DNA of 64,000 nucleotides from Opitutia bacterium (GTDB lineage Bacteria; Verrucomicrobiota; Verrucomicrobiia; Opitutales; T3Sed10-336): NCBI GenBank assembly GCA_003558065.1, contig PWMU01000188.1, positions 14,936 to 78,935 of the forward strand, read 5' to 3'. Shown piece by piece: positions 38,879 to 46,695 of this stretch (position 1 is its first letter; each line of letters starts with the position of its first letter). The notes under the pieces were generated by a model. It saw only the letters and a program-made list of their open reading frames with translations, ran no database searches and was not told where the DNA came from. The position numbers and the translations under genes were made by a program.

Positions 38879-39466
38879 ATGAACCCCGGGACAAAAGAGT
38901 TTCCGCTTCACCTCAGGATCGCCGAATCCGGAAAGGTTTTTGCCGTAAACGGGGATTTCCGTAGAGCGCTGGGTTGCTACCGGCTGGCCATGCACATGGT
39001 CCGGCAATCCCGGTCCCCGGAAGTCTTCTTCCGCCACTACCTGGAATGTCTGATCGAAGCCATGGAGTTGAACGGCGACTACGAAGAGGTGCTCACGTTT
39101 TGCGAACGCATGCAGGAACTCCACGAAAACCTGGAAGAGGCGGGCGAACTCGAACAGCTCGACCGTGCGAATCTCCACCAGAGGCGCGGGATCATCCTTT
39201 TGAAGATGGAACGCGACCGGGATGCCGAACACGAGCTCGCCGAAGCCGCCCGCCTCTCTGGAAACGGGCTTTCCCTCAGCGCCACCGTGCTCCGATGGGT
39301 TCGTTCCCGCCTGCGTCCCAATTCTTCCCGGCTGCTCGAAGAACAACGACGCCACGGATACTTTTCCGTCCGCCGGGAGACCGTCAAACCGGAACGGGCC
39401 GTTCCATTGAACGATCAACAAATATTCGGTCCCATGGCCGCAAACGCCACCACCCAACCCAAATAA
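38879..39466 (+). CDS. operon gene 2: all-helical TPR-like protein
   Basis: Helix-pair periodicity (FRRALGCYRLAMHMV / FFRHYLECLIEAMELNGDYEEVLTFCERM / ANLHQRRGIILLKMERDRDAEHELAEAARL). It starts 12 nt after gene 1 and ends 2 nt before gene 3. Confidence 0.7.
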   Translation: MNPGTKEFPLHLRIAESGKVFAVNGDFRRALGCYRLAMHMVRQSRSPEVFFRHYLECLIEAMELNGDYEEVLTFCERMQELHENLEEAGELEQLDRANLHQRRGIILLKMERDRDAEHELAEAARLSGNGLSLSATVLRWVRSRLRPNSSRLLEEQRRHGYFSVRRETVKPERAVPLNDQQIFGPMAANATTQPK

Positions 39467-39468
39467 CC

Positions 39469-40074
39469 ATGAGCCGCAACTTCCTCAGATCCTTTAACGT
39501 CGGCGAGCGCTTGCTTGAAGCGCCCGTCCCCGAATTGATCGAAAGCCTCGGCAAGGCCATCGCCAGCGCCCAATACGAAATGGACGCCACCGCCGTTGAA
39601 ATCGGCGAAAAACTCGGAAACACCACCGTCAGTCTCCGCGACGAAAACGGAAAGGAGGTAGAGCGTTCGTTGCTGGAACTCGGCTTCACCCCCTCGTTTT
39701 ACCACTTCCAGGAGGCGACCATTGAGGTGAAAATGACCATTAACCTGGAAGTGGAAGCCGGCGCCCGCATCACCCGCGGCGGCGGAGAAGAGGACGCGGA
39801 GGAGGACGACGACGAGGAGGAATCCAAGAGCGTCATTCCCATCGGTTCCTCCCTCAGCCTGGATGTCCATGGGAAATTCGGCTTCGACCAGGAAGGTTCT
39901 TCAAAGATCACCGCCAAGCTCGTTTCGATTCCTTCCCCGTCAGCGTTCGCGGATGCCCTCCGCCGCCACGCCGGCGCCGCGAAAAAATCGTCCGGGAAAA
40001 ACGGGGCCCCCGGAAGCGACGATTCTGAAAAGGACGAAACAAAGAAAGAGGACGACGAGGTTCCCGAGGAATAA
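39469..40074 (+). CDS. operon gene 3: ELGFTP-family paralog 1 (acidic loop and acidic/Lys-rich tail)
   Basis: MSRNF...PVPELIESLGKAIASAQYEMD...SLLELGFTPSFYHFQEATIEVKMTI...[GGGEEDAEEDDDEEESK]...SSKITAKLVSIPSPS. The longer ORF 38974..40074 overlaps gene 2 out of frame, so the real start is taken at ATG 39469. Confidence 0.8.
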   Translation: MSRNFLRSFNVGERLLEAPVPELIESLGKAIASAQYEMDATAVEIGEKLGNTTVSLRDENGKEVERSLLELGFTPSFYHFQEATIEVKMTINLEVEAGARITRGGGEEDAEEDDDEEESKSVIPIGSSLSLDVHGKFGFDQEGSSKITAKLVSIPSPSAFADALRRHAGAAKKSSGKNGAPGSDDSEKDETKKEDDEVPEE

Positions 40075-40109
40075 ATTCCGGAAAGGCAATCCCGAACGCG
40101 GCCCCCTGA

Positions 40110-40583
40110 ATGGAGCAGAAACTGGAAACCGTCACGCAGGCGCCCCTGCCGGAAATGATCGAAAGGCTTGGTCAATCGATCGCACAGGCGCAATACGGAA
40201 TGGACCGGAATTCCATCGAAATCGCGCAATTGATGGGGCGTACCGGCAAAGACGAAGGCGTTCAACTTTCGGGAGACGACGGCAAAGTGCGCTCCCTGCT
40301 CGAACTCGGTTTCACCCCGTCCTTTTATCAGATCACCAACGCCACCATCGACGCAAAAGTGTCCCTCACCATGAGCCGGACACGGAAGGTTTCGGCCGGG
40401 GCGGAATTGAAGGCGGGATACGGCATATTCAGCGCCTCCGTCGACGCCTCGTACAGTTCCAAATATTCCTACGACGTCAACGCTTCCAGTTCCATCAAAG
40501 CCGAAGTGGTCGCGATCCCTCCCCCCTCCCATCTCTCCCGCCTGCTCAACCGTTTAAAGGACGCCCGGGACGACGAAGACTGA
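40110..40583 (+). CDS. operon gene 4: ELGFTP-family paralog 2
   Basis: PLPEMIERLGQSIAQAQYGMD...SLLELGFTPSFYQITNATIDAKVSL...VDASYSSKYSYDVNASSSIKAEVVAIPPPS. Confidence 0.85.
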   Translation: MEQKLETVTQAPLPEMIERLGQSIAQAQYGMDRNSIEIAQLMGRTGKDEGVQLSGDDGKVRSLLELGFTPSFYQITNATIDAKVSLTMSRTRKVSAGAELKAGYGIFSASVDASYSSKYSYDVNASSSIKAEVVAIPPPSHLSRLLNRLKDARDDED

Positions 40584-40625
40584 TTTCAACCCTCCAACAT
40601 CAATCACCCGAAAGCAGGAAATGAC

Positions 40626-41138
40626 ATGGCAGAAAAAAGCGCAGCAAACATAGGCAGAGATCTCCTCAATGTCCCGTTTGGAGATATGATTCGCGACATG
40701 GCACTGGCCATAGCGGAGGCCCAGCTTGAACTCGACGAAGCGGGCATTGAAGCCACCCGGCAAATGGGCAGTTCAGGCCCGGACAAAAACGTGACTTTTG
40801 GAAGCGAATCCTTCTCCATGCTTGAGTTGGGTTTCACTCCCACTTTTTACCAGTTTGTCGATACCATTATAGAAGTCAAAATGGCGATCAAACTGACGAA
40901 GGAAGACGAGGAGGTGGAAGAAGAAAAAGAAAAAACCAGCAAATCCTCGGGACTCTTTCGGCGCGTCTTCAGGGGCAACGACGTAAAATCCACAACGGTC
41001 GACGCCACCTATACCAGCAAATACAGCTACAGTGCCGAAGGTTCCAGCCTGTTGCGCACCAAGCTGGTCCCGGTGCCGGCGCCTTCGGTTCTCGAGCAGC
41101 GAATTCGCAACATGATCGAGAAAAAGGACGAATCCTGA
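40626..41138 (+). CDS. operon gene 5: ELGFTP-family paralog 3
   Basis: VPFGDMIRDMALAIAEAQLELD...SMLELGFTPTFYQFVDTIIEVKMAI...[KEDEEVEEEKEK]...VDATYTSKYSYSAEGSSLLRTKLVPVPAPS. Confidence 0.85.
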   Translation: MAEKSAANIGRDLLNVPFGDMIRDMALAIAEAQLELDEAGIEATRQMGSSGPDKNVTFGSESFSMLELGFTPTFYQFVDTIIEVKMAIKLTKEDEEVEEEKEKTSKSSGLFRRVFRGNDVKSTTVDATYTSKYSYSAEGSSLLRTKLVPVPAPSVLEQRIRNMIEKKDES

Positions 41139-41178
41139 ATCCGGCACGCAATCTCCCAACACCTTATTGTTTATTATC

Positions 41179-41724
41179 ATGGCCAATATAGGACACGACC
41201 TACTGGATGTTCCTTTTCCGGAGATGATCCGCCAACTGGGGCTTTCCATCGCCGAAGCACAGTTCGCCCTCGACGAAGTGGGAATCAGGCTCGCCCAGGT
41301 CATGGCCGGGCAGGAAGTCGAGGTTCCGGATCCCAACGACCCGAATGATCCCGATAAATCGGTCACTCTCTCGAAAACGAGGGTGCGTTTCGGCAACGAG
41401 GATCTTTCGATGCTGGAACTCGGCTTTACCCCGACTTTCTACCAATTCGTCGATACCATCATCGAGGTGAAGGTTTCCCTCAGCATGTCTTCGGTGCGAG
41501 AGGAAAAGGAAAGCGAAAAACGGCTGTCGGTGCGAGGCGGCTACGCCGGGATTCCCGGTTTCGGCGGAGGAGCCAGGATGAACGCCACCACCGTGAGCGC
41601 CTCCTACGCCGCGAAGTACCAATACAGCGCTGAAGGTTCCAGCCTGCTGCGCACGAAACTGGTGCCTGTCCCGACGCCCGCGGTCCTCGAAGAGCGCATC
41701 CGCAACCTGATCGAAGAAGAATAA
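41179..41724 (+). CDS. operon gene 6: ELGFTP-family paralog 4
   Basis: VPFPEMIRQLGLSIAEAQFALD...SMLELGFTPTFYQFVDTIIEVKVSL...VSASYAAKYQYSAEGSSLLRTKLVPVPTPA. It shares 22-aa and 17-aa identical blocks with paralog 3, encoded with many synonymous differences. The start is taken at ATG 41179. Confidence 0.85.
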   Translation: MANIGHDLLDVPFPEMIRQLGLSIAEAQFALDEVGIRLAQVMAGQEVEVPDPNDPNDPDKSVTLSKTRVRFGNEDLSMLELGFTPTFYQFVDTIIEVKVSLSMSSVREEKESEKRLSVRGGYAGIPGFGGGARMNATTVSASYAAKYQYSAEGSSLLRTKLVPVPTPAVLEERIRNLIEEE

Positions 41725-41744
41725 CTTTCGCACGCCGCTCAATA

Positions 41745-42623
41745 ATGGACGAATATCGCAGTTGGGAAGATTTCACGGAACGGGATGCGGTCTCCGTCTT
41801 CCCCGGAACGAATTCCGCCGGGGATGACGGCCGGCGGGCGACGCCCTCGATCGAACAATTGCTCGAGAATGCGGATGTTCCGCCGGAACTCAAGGCGTTG
41901 CTCCAAAGACACAGGCAATTGGAAACCCGCCTCAAAACACTTTCCGGCGAACTCCCGCCGGAGGATGAAATCGGCCCCGACGCCGAACGGCGGAAGCACT
42001 GTTTTCCGGTTTTTGTCCATACGAAAGAAACCCGGATCGAACAGCGCCGTCGACGCAGGGAACGGGAACGCGAGGCGGTGCTGCGAAAACGCGCGCAGGA
42101 ACGCGCCACCCGTAAGCGCAAACAAAGAAAGCTGAACGAGACCGAAAGCGCCCTCGCCAAAGCCGAACAGGAAAAACGGAAGCGCGAAGAGCGCGAACAG
42201 GTTCGCCGGCGGGAAATCCTGGACGCGGAAAAACAGCGTCGCGCGCGCGCGACGGAAATCGCCAAACGACGCGCCGCCGCCCGGGCCGAAATTGAGGATG
42301 CCGAAGCCGCACGGCGTAAAAAGGAGGCCCGCATCGCCCGGGAACGCCGCCTCGAACGGGAGGCCGAAAAACGACAGCGGTTACAGGACGAAGCCCAATT
42401 TCTCCGTCAGCGGGAGGCGCAACGCCGCCAAGCGCTACTCAAACGGGAACGGAACGCCCGCCGGGAAAAGGAAATCGAAATCGCACAGTTGGACAGGGTG
42501 CGTCAGGCGGCCCTGCACCAACGGATTTCGTTGCGCGAACAGGAGGAAATCGACGAGAAAAAACGACGGAAAGGGCTGGAAAAACTCGGCGAGCGAAAGA
42601 AAGAACAGGCCCGGTGGGCCTGA
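41745..42623 (+). CDS. operon gene 7: Arg/Glu/Lys-rich long-helix protein (ER/K single-alpha-helix or coiled-coil candidate)
   Basis: About 200 aa of uninterrupted charged sequence (EQRRRRREREREAVLRKRAQERATRKRKQRK...RRKKEARIARERRLEREAEKRQRLQDEAQ...) follow a ~90-aa N-terminal region. The antisense ORF 41480..42334 is a mirror-image low-complexity artefact. Confidence 0.7.
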   Translation: MDEYRSWEDFTERDAVSVFPGTNSAGDDGRRATPSIEQLLENADVPPELKALLQRHRQLETRLKTLSGELPPEDEIGPDAERRKHCFPVFVHTKETRIEQRRRRREREREAVLRKRAQERATRKRKQRKLNETESALAKAEQEKRKREEREQVRRREILDAEKQRRARATEIAKRRAAARAEIEDAEAARRKKEARIARERRLEREAEKRQRLQDEAQFLRQREAQRRQALLKRERNARREKEIEIAQLDRVRQAALHQRISLREQEEIDEKKRRKGLEKLGERKKEQARWA

Positions 42624-42650
42624 TCCCTCCACCTTTTCACCTAATTTATC

Positions 42651-43334
42651 ATGCCAATCAAAACAGGCAAACGCTTAATCACCAGCACCTTTGACAAATA
42701 CCTCCTCAGCCTGGCGCGCGGAATTACCCGTGCGCAGGAAGAGCTTTCCGGCGTTCAGGTCAAACGTCCCGGAGAAGCTCCCCTCTCCTACCACATCCCG
42801 GAGGTCAACTTTGAGCTCAAGCTCGGACTCGAGGTGGATTACGAGGGCCATGAGTCCGACCCCAGCTGGATCCCCCAACTCAAAACCCACGCCCTGAATC
42901 CGGCGAACGCCTCCCTCAATGAATTCACCGCCGAAGCCGCCAGCGTAATCAAGGGACGTTTTGTTTCCGTACCGGCGAACGGCGGGGCGCCGCTGCCCGT
43001 ACTGGAGATCGCTCTGCGCAAGGTAAAAGGCCAGAAGAAAAAGATCCGGGTTGATGCGACGTTGCGGAATTCCCTCGGCGAACCTATTGAAGGAGCCGAG
43101 GTTGAATTCAATGTGGACCGCGACTCCAGCGCCGCTCTGAACCTGGAGGCGGGCATGAAAGAAAAAGATGCTGCGATTCCCGGGAAAACCGACTTCGAAA
43201 ACGCGCTGGACGTCACCGACGAATCCGGCAAAGCCGGAGCCACACTGAACAGGGAAGGCAAAAAGGGCCAAAACATCGTTATCCTTATCTACGCCGAAAA
43301 CGTGACCGAATCCATCATCGTTTCCAATCCCTAG
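42651..43334 (+). CDS. operon gene 8: divergent family member fused to a C-terminal Ig-like (Big-type) domain
   Basis: N-terminal helix FDKYLLSLARGITRAQEELS, strands YHIPEVNFELKLGLEVDY and ASVIKGRFVSVPANG. The Ig-like region follows: IRVDATLRNSLGEPIEGAEVEFNV...VTDESGKAGATLNREGKKGQNIVILIYA. Confidence 0.75.
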   Translation: MPIKTGKRLITSTFDKYLLSLARGITRAQEELSGVQVKRPGEAPLSYHIPEVNFELKLGLEVDYEGHESDPSWIPQLKTHALNPANASLNEFTAEAASVIKGRFVSVPANGGAPLPVLEIALRKVKGQKKKIRVDATLRNSLGEPIEGAEVEFNVDRDSSAALNLEAGMKEKDAAIPGKTDFENALDVTDESGKAGATLNREGKKGQNIVILIYAENVTESIIVSNP

Positions 43335-43352
43335 CATTCCACCGATAATAAA

Positions 43353-44105
43353 ATGCCGCGCAAGATCGCCACACAAATCAACCGGCCACAGGTAAGGGTC
43401 CGCGACCACAGAACGTCCAAAAAGGTCGCCGAAGAGAGCGGCACGGATGTGTCCGCCTCCCAGCTCCGGAAGATCGAGCAGAATGTCCGGAGAAAGCTCC
43501 AGGCCGAAAACGAAAAGAAAATTCGCGCCGAAGTCGAAAAAAGAGAGCAGGCCATAAGGAAACGCGAGGAACGGATCAAGCGGTTGCGGAACCAGAACCG
43601 GGAGCTTGCCAAGAAAAAGGCGGAAAAGGAAAAAAAGGAGGATGAAACCAACCTCATGGATTTGATTGAAGAGGTTGCCGAACAACTGGACTCGGTTCGT
43701 GAACGTTTATCGGACGAAGAGAGCGGATACCAACTGGGCAAAGTATCGTTCAGCTTCAAAGTCCGGCCCAGCTCCGGAGGTTACAACCTCGCCCTTCCTT
43801 CCCGCGAGGAACTCCAAAGCGGCGGCGCCGGACTCAGCGAGTTTCATTTTGACCTGACCCCGAAAGACGCGGGAGACGAGCCTTCGGTGACATCCGTCCC
43901 CGACTTGAGAGGACTCACCGAATCCCTCGCACGTTCCCGCCTCCGGCAAAGCGCCCTCGAACCCGACATTCGCCGTATCGCGGTGGAACCCGGTGAGGGG
44001 AACCACGGAAGAGTGGTTCGCCAGGCCCCGCAACCCGAAACCGAGGTGTCAACGGGCGAAATCGTCACCATTATGATCGGTCAATCCATCGAAGACGACG
44101 AATAA
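43353..44105 (+). CDS. operon gene 9: sigma70-region-4-like HTH + K/E coiled coil + family-like beta core + PASTA domain
   Basis: KKVAEESGTDVSASQLRKIEQNVRRKL resembles the sigma70 r4.2 pattern (..lgvS.erVRqIe.kAlrKL). Coiled coil KIRAEVEKREQAIRKREERIKRLRNQNRELAKKKAEKEKKE. Core LMDLIEEVAEQLDSVRERL...YQLGKVSFSFKV...LSEFHFDLTPK. PASTA-like SVPDLRGLTESLARSRLRQSALEPDI...GRVVRQAPQPETEVSTGEIVTIMIG. Confidence 0.75.
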   Translation: MPRKIATQINRPQVRVRDHRTSKKVAEESGTDVSASQLRKIEQNVRRKLQAENEKKIRAEVEKREQAIRKREERIKRLRNQNRELAKKKAEKEKKEDETNLMDLIEEVAEQLDSVRERLSDEESGYQLGKVSFSFKVRPSSGGYNLALPSREELQSGGAGLSEFHFDLTPKDAGDEPSVTSVPDLRGLTESLARSRLRQSALEPDIRRIAVEPGEGNHGRVVRQAPQPETEVSTGEIVTIMIGQSIEDDE

Positions 44106-44138
44106 GCCGCGAACTTCTTACTTTTTTGAAATACAATC

Positions 44139-44774
44139 ATGAACGCCAAAGAAAAAATTCTTAAAATGGAGCCGCTCTCTTCTCCTGTCTCCGATATGAT
44201 CGCCTCGATCGGGGAAGGGCTGGCCCGAGCCCAGATCGAACTCGACAAAGCCGCGCTGCAAACCATCGAACGCATCTATTATGAACCGGGCGGCGCATCC
44301 GAGGCCCTGCGTGAGATCGGCTATCAACCGACGTGGTACCAGATCCCTGAAATGACCGCCGAATTGAAGATGGCCATGACCATCGAAGGCGAGCGAACCC
44401 CGTCGACCACCCGTCGGAGAGCTTTCGCTCCGCGGATTCTGGGCGCCCCGGTTGACGCGAATTACAGCAACAAATTCAATTACAAGGTCGAAGGCTCCAG
44501 CACGATCAACTTCAAAATTGTCCCCATTCCCCCGCCATCGGCCTCGGAAACCCTCATGCCGGTCGCCGTTCCCGACCTGAAGAAATCATCCGCCGGTGAG
44601 GCCATTGAAAGCCTCAAAGGTCGTGGCCTCACCCATGCGCTCCGAAAAAGCGGATCAAGCAAGGAGGAAAGCGACACCGCCGCAAACCTTAAGAAAGAGG
44701 TCACTTCCCAGGATCCCGAGCCCGGAAGCCGAATCCGACGGGGCAGCACGGTGAGGCTGACCATAAAAAAGTAA
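44139..44774 (+). CDS. operon gene 10: ELGFTP-family paralog 5 fused to a C-terminal PASTA domain
   Basis: SPVSDMIASIGEGLARAQIELD...LREIGYQPTWYQIPEMTAELKMAM...VDANYSNKFNYKVEGSSTINFKIVPIPPPS. PASTA-like region: VAVPDLKKSSAGEAIESLKGRGLT...EVTSQDPEPGSRIRRGSTVRLTI. Confidence 0.8.
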   Translation: MNAKEKILKMEPLSSPVSDMIASIGEGLARAQIELDKAALQTIERIYYEPGGASEALREIGYQPTWYQIPEMTAELKMAMTIEGERTPSTTRRRAFAPRILGAPVDANYSNKFNYKVEGSSTINFKIVPIPPPSASETLMPVAVPDLKKSSAGEAIESLKGRGLTHALRKSGSSKEESDTAANLKKEVTSQDPEPGSRIRRGSTVRLTIKK

Positions 44775-44826
44775 CGCCTGTCTGTCTCATGGCCGATCCC
44801 GCATAACCCCCGACCCGGAAGCAACC

Positions 44827-46614
44827 ATGCCTCGATCCACAACCGGCATTCCCAGTCAACTCCGCATGGTCAAGCCCATGCTGGAGGTCGGGCCGAAACG
44901 CGGCGTATTCGGGACTCTGATGAATTACGCACGGGCCGCGGCCGAACATTTGGAACTCCCGTCGGCTCAATCCAGCATCGATATTCCCGAACCTGTTCCG
45001 GACAAACTGCTGGTCAAGGTTATCCTCTATGATCCATTGGCCGAAGCGGGGTTGTACGGCGACTGGGATGAAGCCCTTGAGTCTTCGGACCGGACGAACG
45101 AAGGAAACCAGTCCGCGTTCCCCGTCGATGGACTGAAGTGCGTCATTAAGGATGAAAACGGAGATACGGTTAAGGACCGGACGTTTGAATCCGAAGAAAT
45201 CGAGGAAGACGCGGAACAAAGAAAGGTTTCCCGATTGGAGCTCGATGAAGAAATCGAAAACGGAAAAACCTACACTCTGGAGTTTCCCGGCCTGAAAGTC
45301 AGAACCCCCAGGGCCCCCGCCGAACATGCAAGAATCGAACCGATGAACCGCAGAAGCGAACTCTCCAGCGAAATCGGCGGGCTGCAGGAGGATTTGGAGG
45401 AACTGGAACTCGAATTGGCTGAACTCAAAGAGGAAGACGAGCAGGAGGCCATCGACAAGAAGCGGAAGGAAATCAATGATATAAACGGCCTGATCGAGGA
45501 AAAGCAGCAGGAACACGGCGATATCACTGTTCCTTCCCGGGACTTCATGGAGGAACCGCCGATGCTTTCCTGCGTCGGCAGGATCATTTCTTCCCGGCAG
45601 ACGGACGGCGGCGAAAGAGTGGAGATCTCGCCGGGGCTCCGCGAAAAAATCGAGGTCGACGCGCCTGGCAGCTATGTTGTCAAGATCTGGCTGCGTCCCA
45701 GATGCATCGTGCTGCATTGGAGTGTGGGCGGCTACAATCCGGGGGATCCAGCCAGGCGTGCCTACCATTTTCATATCACGGGACCCTATGGTGACAATAA
45801 CGACAATATCCGGTGGAAAGCGGGCGGACAGGTCGGCGGCCGTACCGCGTCCTGGCGTTTCTGGTGGCACAACCTGCACGTAAGCGGCATCGACAGCCTG
45901 CAAAGGAACGATGACGTGGAAATACCAATCGGCACGCCCACCGCCCAGGGTTCGCGCCGGGGATACGGCAACAACAGGCGAAACGGCTACGCCATTCACG
46001 CGCAAACCTTCCACTGCAATTCGGCGGGAGTTAGCTTTTGCGGTATGCTGGGCGCGCCGGCTTCGCCCGAATCCGGCCACCCGGGACTGGGACGCTGGAA
46101 ACCGCTGGATGACGAAGGTAATCCCGATCCGGATCATTGGGAGGGCGGCATGACTCCGTTGACCGAACGACAACTGGCCGTCGGTTTGCGCGAAGTTGCC
46201 AGACTTTGCAGGGCATGGAGACTCGACCCGATGAATCCGAACGAACTCTGCACGCACTACGAGGTCGATCGGATTCATAGAGGCGAACAACGCAAATGGG
46301 ACATCACCTGGCTGCCGGATGAATTTCAAACCGGGTACAGGGAGTTCCTCGAGGAGAACGCGGGGCCGTTTGGGGCGCTGGATGGATTCGGCAACGAAGA
46401 CGGGAGGTTGTGCGAAGATGCCGATCGTCGATTCGACCGGAAGGACGACATTCCCCTGGGGGACTGGGAGTCGGACCACGCAGGGGACGCTATTCCAGGC
46501 AATACGGATCGGGTCAGCGACTATCTCCGGCGCATGGTCAAAGGCCTCATGGATAACCCGGGGGCCTCGGATCCGGTCGAGAACGCTTATTGGGACGATA
46601 TCGTTTCAGATTAA
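44827..46614 (+). CDS. operon gene 11: amidase_2 (N-acetylmuramoyl-L-alanine amidase / PGRP-type) domain protein with acidic coiled-coil insert
   Basis: It has T7-lysozyme/AmpD-type landmarks: IVLHWSVGG (Zn His), AYHFHI (catalytic Tyr context), HAQTFHCNSAGVSFCG (H..N.S.G block) and LCTHYEVDRIHRGEQRKWDI (Zn His ... Lys-x-Asp). It is a paralog of the next gene. No signal peptide. Confidence 0.8.
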   Translation: MPRSTTGIPSQLRMVKPMLEVGPKRGVFGTLMNYARAAAEHLELPSAQSSIDIPEPVPDKLLVKVILYDPLAEAGLYGDWDEALESSDRTNEGNQSAFPVDGLKCVIKDENGDTVKDRTFESEEIEEDAEQRKVSRLELDEEIENGKTYTLEFPGLKVRTPRAPAEHARIEPMNRRSELSSEIGGLQEDLEELELELAELKEEDEQEAIDKKRKEINDINGLIEEKQQEHGDITVPSRDFMEEPPMLSCVGRIISSRQTDGGERVEISPGLREKIEVDAPGSYVVKIWLRPRCIVLHWSVGGYNPGDPARRAYHFHITGPYGDNNDNIRWKAGGQVGGRTASWRFWWHNLHVSGIDSLQRNDDVEIPIGTPTAQGSRRGYGNNRRNGYAIHAQTFHCNSAGVSFCGMLGAPASPESGHPGLGRWKPLDDEGNPDPDHWEGGMTPLTERQLAVGLREVARLCRAWRLDPMNPNELCTHYEVDRIHRGEQRKWDITWLPDEFQTGYREFLEENAGPFGALDGFGNEDGRLCEDADRRFDRKDDIPLGDWESDHAGDAIPGNTDRVSDYLRRMVKGLMDNPGASDPVENAYWDDIVSD

Positions 46615-46695
46615 CGGGTGACATTCTACGGGCTCGAGTGAGCGGGCGCTCTCGAAGTTTGACAATAAACGGGCAAACATTCAACCACAGGTAAA

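Noticed and set aside
38974-39468. 5' extension of ORF 38974..40074
   Set aside because: It overlaps the TPR-like gene in another frame and translates to a P/R-rich sequence. The family-conserved N-terminus begins at ATG 39469, 2 nt after the upstream stop.
41480-46479. Minus-strand ORFs inside the candidate operon (41480..42334, 42675..43685, 44701..46479, 47548..48063, 48438..49394)
   Set aside because: The + strand products carry recognisable domains (PASTA, amidase_2, patatin) and mutually conserved paralog motifs. The minus products are low-complexity mirrors; for example 41480..42334 is the S/R/A reflection of the E/R/K helix.
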